This document shows, one piece after another, positions 28,401 through 39,411 of a stretch of 64,000 nucleotides of DNA (positions are counted from its first letter, which is position 1; every line of letters starts with the position of its first letter). The DNA is taken from positions 8,304,190 to 8,368,189 of the forward strand of contig NC_069010.1 in assembly GCF_001194135.2 (NCBI RefSeq), in the 5' to 3' direction. Below the pieces are notes generated by a model. The model saw only the letters and a program-made list of their open reading frames with translations. It searched no databases and was not told where the DNA came from. A program made the translations under genes and the position numbers. This DNA comes from Octopus bimaculoides. Lineage: Eukaryota.

Positions 28401-31400
28401 TTTCTTTTGTTTTGGTCTTGTTTCCCTAGCAATTCTTCTAGTCGGTCCTACAGTGGATAATTTATAATACTACTTTGTCAGTCCCCTCAAGAGCTATTTC
28501 AAGATTTGTATGGGATTGGTCGTTTAACCCCATACAGTAATTTCTCGTCTCTCTCTTTTATTCACAGGCCTTAATAGTATCAATCAACGAATATTTATTA
28601 TATACATTGATTCATAATATCCTGTACCACTTTCACAATATTGATTTACTGGGTGCACATCTCTGAGTTCAGTGGAAACTCAGACAAGTCTAGGTGTGGT
28701 TATTTTCAAAACACACGGCCTAACTGACAATGAGAACAACTAGTGAAGAAGGTAGGACCACAAATTACACTGTGTTGCAATATTTAATCCAGCTTCTGGT
28801 TGCTTTGACTTCAAAATGCCACCAAGGTCAGCTCTGACCTTTCATTCCTTCTCAAATTGATAAAGTACCTGCTGTTGGATGGCAGACTGGTAAAATTGCA
28901 AGAGCATCAGACAGGGTGTTTCATGGCATTCGTTTCAGCTCTTTGTGTGTTCTGAGTTCAAACCCCACTGTTTCCTGCTCGGGCAGTGATTGTAATCCAT
29001 CGACCTGGTTTGATAAGCATTACCATCACTCCCGCTCTGCTGCATGATCTCAAGCCAGGTTCCTAGTTCTTCCCAACCACCAATTTTGGAGCCCCCTTTA
29101 AGGCTCAAGGGCACTACCTTCTATCCTGATGAAACAAGTACTTAAACAAAAAGAAATCTTGAATGTACCCCATGTAAAGAAAATATGCTTCAAGTGTCCC
29201 TGGTATATATTGTAACTTTGTCATAGCTTTGACGTTTTCTTTTTTTCTCATTTTGTTTTTCTTTTTTTGTGAAGCTAAAAAAAAAAATATCAATTTAGCT
29301 TCTTTTTTTTGTGTTTTCATATTTGTGTGTTGTTTATTAACGATGCTAATGATGATTATTATTATTATTAAGATGGTGAGCCACCAGAATCATTAGCTTG
29401 TCAGACAAAATGCTTAGCGGCATTTCCTCTGGCCCTTTCAAAACTCCAGGTCTTGCACCAAAATTTGAAACCATTCTTAATATTATCAAGGCGGTGAACT
29501 GACAGAATCGTTCGTGTATCAGACAAAATGCTTAGAAGCATTTCCTCTGGGCCCCGTGCTCAACTGGTACTTGTTTTATCAACCCCCCCACCGAAAAGAT
29601 GAAGCGCAAAGTCAACCTCAGCAATATTTGAACTTTGCCTTTCATCTTTTTTGTGGGGTCACTGAAGTGAGTAGCAGTCAAGTACTGGAGTAAATGTATT
29701 TAAATTTTTCTCTCCCCCTTCAAGATTGCTGGCCCTTATACAAAAATTAGAATTATTATTATTATTATTATTAAGGCGGTGAGCTGACAGAATCNNNNNN
29801 NNNNNNNNNNNNNNNNNNNNNNNNNNNNNNNNNNNNNNNNNNNNNNNNNNNNNNNNNNNNNNNNNNNNNNNNNNNNNNNNNNNNNNNNNNNNNNNNNNNN
29901 NNNNNNNNNNNNNNNNNNNNNNNNNNNNNNNNNNNNNNNNNNNNNNNNNNNNNNNNNNNNNNNNNNNNNNNNNNNNNNNNNNNNNNNNNNNNNNNNNNNN
30001 NNNNNNNNNNNNNNNNNNNNNNNNNNNNNNNNNNNNNNNNNNNNNNNNNNNNNNNNNNNNNNNNNNNNNNNNNNNNNNNNNNNNNNNNNNNNNNNNNNNN
30101 NNNNNNNNNNNNNNNNNNNNNNNNNNNNNNNNNNNNNNNNNNNNNNNNNNNNNNNNNNNNNNNNNNNNNNNNNNNNNNNNNNNNNNNNNNNNNNNNNNNN
30201 NNNNNNNNNNNNNNNNNNNNNNNNNNNNNNNNNNNNNNNNNNNNNNNNNNNNNNNNNNNNNNNNNNNNNNNNNNNNNNNNNNNNNNNNNNNNNNNNNNNN
30301 NNNNNNNNNNNNNNNNNNNNNNNNNNNNNNNNNNNNNNNNNNNNNNNNNNNNNNNNNNNNNNNNNNNNNNNNNNNNNNNNNNNNNNNNNNNNNNNNNNNN
30401 NNNNNNNNNNNNNNNNNNNNNNNNNNNNNNNNNNNNNNNNNNNNNNNNNNNNNNNNNNNNNNNNNNNNNNNNNNNNNNNNNNNNNNNNNNNNNNNNNNNN
30501 NNNNNNNNNNNNNNNNNNNNNNNNNNNNNNNNNNNNNNNNNNNNNNNNNNNNNNNNNNNNNNNNNNNNNNNNNNNNNNNNNNNNNNNNNNNNNNNNNNNN
30601 NNNNNNNNNNNNNNNNNNNNNNNNNNNNNNNNNNNNNNNNNNNNNNNNNNNNNNNNNNNNNNNNNNNNNNNNNNNNNNNNNNNNNNNNNTTCCATCGGTT
30701 GGCTTCTTGTTTCTATTTCTTTCGTTTTTACTCTCTTTATTTTTGGTTGGTTCCCCCCCCCACTTCTCTTTTTATTTTCTGTTAGTTTTTTTTGGCAATA
30801 ACATTTACTCTCGTTTTAATATTTTAATACTTCCCACTAGCTCCAGTATTCTACAGCTCCAGCCTGTTTCTGTACATATATCGTTTATGTCTTCAGCATG
30901 AGGTAACAAGAAAGAAAAGTAGATAGTGTTTTTTTTATTTCTATTCGTCATCGTTTTTTAACGTCCACTTTTCCGTGCTTGCATGGAACTGATGGAATTT
31001 ATTGAGATAGAATTTCTACGAGATACCTTTCCTGTTGCCAACCTTTGCCCGTTTCCAAGCATGGTAATATCTCCCCATGGCCAGACATGTTTTTGCAGAA
31101 CATTGGAACTGAATGGCATTTGTTTACAGCAATCAAGCAATTGTCAAGACAAGAAGGCACAAACACGCATAAATATATTCTCTCTCACATACATACATAC
31201 ACATGGTGGGTTTCTTTCAGTTTCCATCTACTCAAGCCATTCACAAGGCTTTGGTCCACCCAATGTTATAGTAATAGACACTTGCCCAAAGTGCCATGAA
31301 GTGGGACTGAACCCGGAACCATACAGTTGCATGCTTGTAATTTGTCTTCATTTTTTTTTTCTAATTGGTGGTGGGGGTGGGAGAAGACTGTAGAAGAAAA

Positions 31401-33073
31401 GAAGAAAAAACTTCATTCAATGTGCCTTATTTATTTTCTTTTTCTTCCAGGCCTAAAACCATCTTGGTTCAAATTCAAATGTGCTTTTAGACATTTTCCA
31501 TGATAAACTTTGTCTTTCCAATAACATTCATACTTCATGCCATCTTTTTTTTTTTTTTTTTTTAAGTCAGAATGAAAGGTTGCCTGTGACCTTTTACAGG
31601 GGTCCCTGGACCAGTGGGACAGAGATAGGAAGGGCTCCTTGAAATGGAAACCTGACCCAAATCTTTACAGCAGAGTGATGCTGTTGAGTCAGTCAACAGA
31701 TTAAATTTGCCACCAAAGTAAACCCTAGCAGGATTTGAACTCAGAACATAGAATAGATACCACAAACCACAAAGCATCATTCTGCCCGACCCCCTAACAG
31801 TTCCACTGATTTCTTTTTCTTTTTTTTTTTTTTATTGATCTGGAAAGGATGTATGGCAAAGTTGATCTTAGTGAGATTTGAACTCAGACACTAATTGTCA
31901 GAATATTATGTTCTGACAGGCTGTCTGCAATTATGTGTACATTCCAAAGAGAGGCAAGTGTGTGGTGTTTCGGTGCTGCTTCTATCCAGACGTCTGTTAC
32001 TACTTCCTGCAAGTCTAAACCCCTCACTGTAGTTGTTCATGCTATATATTCCTACCTCGGTACTACAGACCAAAGTGGGGAGAACATCGGTCCGATGAAG
32101 CCGATTGTCCGCAGGTACCGACACTAAGGTTAGGTTACGTTAGGAGTGGCTAATATCATTACAAAGGGAAGGAATAAATAGAGTACTGTACTTTTAATCA
32201 AGCACACAATCCAATCTGACAGTGTAAAATACCTGTACACCAGTGGTTCCCAAGGTGGGCTGTATTGCATATGCTTTATGAGGTATGTAGACCACAACCT
32301 CTTTATTACATAAAGAGGAGTCTGAGGTGCCAATAGTAGAGGAGTCAGATGTTAATGTTATTTATACACTTAGCATTTAAACCAGCCACAACTGGCCCAA
32401 ACATTCTACCTGTTTTATGTTCAGACCAGACGTATCTGGTTTGTTACATGTGCTGTACATTGACATTCTAAAAATTAACGATCACATCGTTAGTATCTTG
32501 AAGCTACAAGATAATGAATGATGGATTTAAAACAATGTGAAAAAAAATAAGTATTACATTTGACAAAGTCATCTGAATGCCAATGGGTTAATTAATGCAT
32601 TGTTCTCGTGCCATATCTGTAGACTGATCTGTTTCTGTATACTGTGGCTCATCAGTGCAAAGAATTGGGAACGGAAGATAAGTCGGTTGTGGTGTCCAAC
32701 TTTGTTTTAAATCAGAGCAAGGCTAATGATGGAAAATTTCCTTACCACTTTTGAATTCGATCCTCAGTACATGACTGGTACTTAGATCCTTTCACTCCTG
32801 GAAAGATAAATGTCTAAAAGCTGACCTCCGCAAGAACAAATACCACAAAGCATTTTGTCTAACCTATCAACTGCCGTCAATAATAATAATAATAATAATA
32901 ATAATTTCAGATTTTGGCTCAAGGCCAGCAATTTTAGCGGGGAGGGGAAATCAGTTACATCAACCCCCGTGGTCAGATCATATTTATTTTATTGAGCCTG
33001 AAAGGGTGAAAGGCAAAATGGACATCAGTGAAATTTGAGCTTGGAACATAAAGAGGCAGAAGAAATGATAATG

Positions 33074-33109
<36 letters not shown>

Positions 33110-33919
33110 GTTTCTGGTATAGACACGAGGCTGGTAAACTTGGGGGGAGAAGCAAGTTGATGCTTTGCCCCTTCACCTTCTGGGGTGGGTGGGGTGATAA
33201 AACAAAGTGGAACTTGGCAGGACTTCAGCTCTGGAACACACTGCATTTTCTCATGCTCCCTTATCACCACCCNNNNNNNNNNNNNNNNNNNNNNNNNNNN
33301 NNNNNNNNNNNNNNNNNNNNNNNNNNNNNNNNNNNNNNNNNNNNNNNNNNNNNNNNNNNNNNNNNNNNNNNNNNNNNNNNNNNNNNNNNNNNNNNNNNNN
33401 NNNNNNNNNNNNNNNNNNNNNNNNNNNNNNNNNNNNNNNNNNNNNNNNNNNNNNNNNNNNNNNNNNNNNNNNATTTGTTGGAGGTAGATTCAGTTTTTAT
33501 AATGATAATAATAATATGCATTTCATTTCAACAAATGAATTTATTAATGATAATAACTTTAACATCTTCATCTTAATATATTAATTATAGATTTCTAATT
33601 TAGTTTCCGTTTTGATAACATAGACATGATATCAGAAAACAGTAACAAAATTGATTTTAATTAAAAACTTTTAATTTTTGTTGTGTGTATGCGTGGTCAT
33701 GTGGTTAAGATGTTTGCTTCCCATCCACTTGGTTTTTGAGTTCAGTCCCACAGCATGGCACTTTGGCTTTGGGCCCACCAAAGTCTTGAGTGTGGACTTG
33801 GTACATTGAAAGTGAAAGAAAGCCATCTGTGGGCACGCATTTGTGTCTCCTTGTTTTGGTATTACTCAGAATCAAGAGATTAGAAAGGGAACTTCTTAAC
33901 TACAGAGCAATGCCTACAC

Positions 33920-33977
<58 letters not shown>

Positions 33978-36900
33978 ATATGCAAGTCGTGTATTTGTAT
34001 GTGAGTATATACCTGTGTGTGTATTGATATTTTTTTATAAGTGATCACTGTGTATTGACTAGCTAATAAAAAATATTGTTTACAGAATACTAAAACTCGG
34101 CACCACTTATATTAGACCTTGTAAAGGTCTAATATACATATATATATATATATGTCAAACTGTCCAACCCATGCCAGTAAGGAAAATGAACATTAAATGA
34201 GGAGGATTTTATATATCAGCATCATCATTTAACATCCATTGTCCTTGCTGGCATGGGTTGGATGGTTTGACTGGGGCTGGTAAGCTGAAAGGCTACACTA
34301 GATTCCAATCTGATTTGGCATGGTTTTGTTTACGGCTGGATGCCCTTCCTAATGCCAACCACTCTGAGAGTGTAATGGGTGCTTTTACATGCCACCAGCA
34401 CAGGTGCTGTTTGTGTGGTACCAGTATCTGCCACGACTGCGATTTTGCTTCGCTGTCACTTGTGCTGGTGGCACATGAAAAGCACCTTTTAGAATGTTGT
34501 GCCTCAAGGAGGCAATGACAAATGACCAAGACCTTTGGCATTATACCATGCTTCAGAAGACCCATCAAGCCAAGTGAAATCGCAGTCGTGGCAGATACTG
34601 ATTTCACACAAATGGCACTCGTGCTGGTGGCATGTAAAAGCACCCATTTCACTCACAGAGGGATTGGCGTTAGGAAGGGCATCCAGCTGTAGAAAACCAT
34701 GCCAAATCAGTCTTAAGTCTGTTGCAGCCCCTCAGCTTACCAGCCCTGATCAAACCGTCAAACCCGTGCCAGCATGGACAACAGACATTAAATGATGATG
34801 ATGAAATGTTTGACCATATGTTCAAAATAGTGACCAAATTGAAAGTGTTTGAGCTGAGGAAGATTTGGCTGCTATTTTACTATTTATTTCAAATGAAGGA
34901 CTATGCAGAGCAGCAATGCCTTATAAGTGAAAATTGGTAGCCATAGACTATATAGAAACTCTTGCATGTACGTGTGTCTGTATATGTAGCTTAACCCTTT
35001 AGCATCCAGATTATCCTGTCAAATGTATTGCTTATTTGTCCACATTGTTTTGAATTGATCATGCATTATCTCACAGCTCTGAGATTTCAATGATGTGATT
35101 GTTTAATTTTTCGTATGACATTGTAGGGTAAGTGTGAGAGGTTGGTGGCAGCCAGTTTGACCATAAAACATCTAGAATATTTCAAGCTGGGTTTGGCTGG
35201 TTTAAATGCTAAATGGTTAAATCTTTTAGCGTTCAGGTTCCTCTCTCAAATGTATTGCTTATTTATTCACATTGTTTTGAATTAATCATGCTTTAGCTTT
35301 TCTGTGCTGAGATTTCAATGATGTGCTTGTTTATTTTTATATGATATTGTAGGGTAGGTGTAAGAGGCCAGATCTGGCCGGTTTGAACATAAAACAGGTA
35401 AAATATTTTGGCCAGGTATGGCTGGTTCTACATGCTAAATGGTTAAACCTTTTAATATTCAGATTCCTCTGTCGAATGTATTGCCTATTTATTCACATTG
35501 TTTTGAATTAATCATGCATTATCTTGTAGCTTTGGGATTTCAATGGTGTGTTTCTATATATTTATAGAATGACATTGCAGGGTAGGTGCGAGATCTGGCT
35601 GGTTTCAACTCAAACAGGCTGAATATTCAGGTTGGAACAAGGCCAGTTTAAATGCCAAAGGAAAGAAATTAAACTATGTACTTGGAGCCAATGATTGATG
35701 AAGCATGCTTCTGCATGGCCATGGTCCAGTGACTGAACCTAATAATAATATGAAAAGCTTGAAGACCTATGGGTCAGCTAAAATTAGTTGAGGTAGATTT
35801 CCTATGGCTGGGTGCCTTTCCTGTCACTAACCCCTCACCTGTTTCCAAATAAGGTAATAATATTTTTCCATGGAAAACTGGAAACGAATTAAGCTTGTTT
35901 ACAATGATGCCAAGACAAAAGATGAGGCTGGGGATATACACATGATGGGCCTTTTGTTCCCAACTACCAAACTACACTTACAACATTGGTCAACTCATGG
36001 CTATCTTAGAAGTCGGTGTCCATGTAATAGAAGCAAACAGTAAACCCTGCAATTCCAAAGCAAAATCAAAAAGCCCAATTGTTATCCTTGTACATCTGGA
36101 GGAGGTTTAGCCTTTATCTTTCTCCCTTACACAGGTAAACTAATGTTAATTATATTTTAATTATGTCTCCTTTCTTTTGTTTCATGAACCAAAGCACCTC
36201 ATGCCCATGGCCCAGGGGACGAGGTTGATGACTCAAACGACAGTCCCAATAGTTCCGACTTCTCATCCTGGCAACATGGAACAGACTGGTAACCCTCAGC
36301 ATTCAGCGCCGTTATATGGTGAGCTAACATTCAAGTACTGCTTCTTTGGTTTTGTATTTATTCTGTGTGTGTGTGTGTGTTCAGATAATTTTTGGGGAAA
36401 GATGGAAGTCCACAGGTGCTAAATCTGATGAGTAGGGCAGGTGCGGAAGAAGCAATACCATGTTGTTTTTGGCAAAAAAAAACAAACTCACAAGTAAAGA
36501 GAACTCTGTGATGCGGTGCATTGTCATCGTGAAAGAATCCAATCCCTTAACACGTCTGAGAGATTCAATGCCTGTTCAGATTACAGGTACAATTCCATTT
36601 TTGCCAGCTCAGTGAACAGCTGGAGCAACAGGAAATAAAGTGTCTTGCTCAAGAGCACAGTGTACCACCTGGAATTGAACTAGTGTCCTTACAATCATGA
36701 ACTGAGTACCCCTAACCACCAAGTCACATGCCTACACTAGAAATGGCTCATGAATGCAGGGGCAGTGACAAGCTGTGGTCCAGGTGGGGGTGGAGAGCAA
36801 TCATAACTAGTTTTGTCTGGTTCTGTCTCTATCGTTTATTCCCCTTTTTTTATGTTTTGAATGTTTTTTAATCGTCTTTTTCTCTTTTTTTTTGTCATTT

Positions 36901-37608
36901 AAGTTCCGACGCCGCATGTACAACATCACCCCAACCATCCTCCGTTGCCTCATCCGACACAGACACACATGGGCCACCATCCAGGAGGTGGTCACTCTCA
37001 AGGCAACCAAATGAACACTCAGGGAAGCGGTCATCCAGCCCCTAGTCCAGTCCAAACTCAAGGGCCGTCGTCTCAGCAGGGCCAGCACCCACAGCATCCA
37101 CCAAGCTCTGGGACGCCACAACCACCACAGCCACCCATGAACTTCCAAACGATGAGTATCCAGGGACACCCGCCGCTGCAGGGAAGCCCCCACAACCCGA
37201 CATCCCCGCCCAGTGTCCACCCGGCGTCGCTGTCGTACCCTATAACCCCGCACTCGCATATGCAGGCGACCGGTGCTCAAAACCTTGTGCCCGCCAGTGC
37301 GCAGGGGCACCCACAGACTTCGGTTACGCACTCACAGATGCATANNNNNNNNNNCAACCTTTAGTTATGATGCCCCCAACAGCACACCCTCACACAACTC
37401 AACATATGCAGCCTCAACAAGTACAGCCTGGACATCATTTTCAGGGACATCCCATGCACGGTGAGTATTATCATTATTATTGGCCGAGGTCGACTTTGCC
37501 TTTCATCCTTCTGGGGTCGATAAATTAAGTACCAGTTACGCACTGGGGTCGATGTAATTGACTATCATCCTCCTCTAAATTTCACACCTTATGCCTATAA
37601 TAGAAAGG

Positions 37609-37653
<45 letters not shown>

Positions 37654-39376
37654 GGTAATTATGGGCAGTGAGCTGGTGGGATCATTAACATCCTGGTCGA
37701 AATGCTTGGCGTCATTTCGTCTGCCACTATGTTCTGAGTTCAAATCCCGCCGATGTCGACTTTGCCTTTCATCCTACTGGGATCGATGTAATCGACTTGT
37801 CCCCTCCCCAAAATTTCAGGCCTTGTGCCTATAATAGAAAGGATTATTATTGTTATTATTATCATTATTATTATTATTGATTTCATTTCGTCCATCTTCA
37901 CATTTTAAGTTTAAATTCTACGAAGGTCAACTTTGCCTTTCATCCTTTTGGGTCGATAAAGTACCAGTTAACTACTGAGGTCAATGTAATCGATTATCCC
38001 CCTCCCCCAAGATTCCTGCCTTGTGCCTATATTAGAAAGGATTATTATTATTTTTTATAATAATATATCTTTGTTATATGTTTGGTGTTATGTTTATTAT
38101 AAAATTATGGCAGCGAGATGGTAGACTTGTTAGCACATTGGGCAAAATGCTTGGCGGTATATTGCCAGTAACTGCGTTCTGAGTTCAAATTCTGCCGGGG
38201 TCGACTTTACCTTTCATCCTTTCGGGGGTCGGTTAAATAAGTACCAGTTATGCGCTGGAGTCAATGTAATCAACTTAATCCCTTTGTCTGTCCCCTCTGT
38301 GTATAGCCCCCCGTGTGGACAATAAAAAAATAAATATAAGTAGTTGGCATTTGGAAGGGCATCCAGCTGTAAAACCCATGCTAACCTAACCTCACCTGCA
38401 CCGGTGCCATGTAAAAAGCACTTGGTCCAATCTACAGGGTGGTTGGTGTTCGGAAAGGCATTGAGCTGTAACAACCCTGCCAAAACAGACACCGAAGCCT
38501 GGGGCAGTCTTCTGCCCAGCCAGTCCCAGTCAAGCCATCCAACCCATGCCAGCATGGAAAGTGGACATTAAATGATGATGATGATGATAATAATTCTCAC
38601 TGGTAAAAACAAAGCTTCTGAAAATGGATGGAGAAAATTCGAAATGTTTACAGAAGATGTGGGTTCAACTCCCACCAAAACCTTGTCTTTTGTTTCTTTA
38701 CTCATCGAAGGTGGGGGTGTCCCAAGAGGTTTTTATTTTTCCCCCCGCCCCCTTTAATAATATTTTTCACATTATAGCTTTATTTACTTTGAGTTCCACT
38801 GTTAAAACAACTTTTCATATCTGTTGAAGTTTCTAAATTCTCATATAAAAATCTCGCAATTTTCACTGATAAGAACAACAAAGCACCTAAAAAAAAAAAA
38901 TTGGAGAGAATATAAAGGATTGCTTTGATCTAATGGTAGAATGTCGTATTCTCATATTCACAGATGTAGGTTCAAGTTCTACAGACAGCCTTCAGCTATT
39001 TCTTCCCTCCAAGTTTTTTTTAACCCAATACAACAACCATATGTGCTGTTATCTCCACCCATGTTCCTCCTGTTTGATTAATAATTCTATGGTATAATGG
39101 TAGGATATCTGTCATATTCGCAGAAGATATTGGTTCGAGTTCCACAGGTAGCCTTCAACTATTTCTTCCATTCAAGTTTTTTTTTTTTTTTTTTTAACCC
39201 AGCCATGCTCCTTAATAGATTAATAATTCTATGTGCATGTACTACTTTGACTTTGTCAGGTTCACACGTCCATCCCTCTAATCACCATATGATGGCATCC
39301 CAGGCTGCTGCTGCTGCTATCCCAGTTTCAACACCATCATCCGTTCATCCATCAGTACATTTTATTCCTCATGGTG

Positions 39377-39411
<35 letters not shown>

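Noticed and set aside
29736-30695. Long X-filled ORFs (also 33157-33584, 49354-50154, 58258-59226)
   Set aside because: Artefacts of N gaps.
31599-31630. Collagen-like GVPGPVGQR exon
   Set aside because: Three triplets then a stop; chance.
37345-37354. Frameshift or pseudogenisation of ataxin-2
   Set aside because: The shift coincides with a 10-N placeholder gap of unknown true length.
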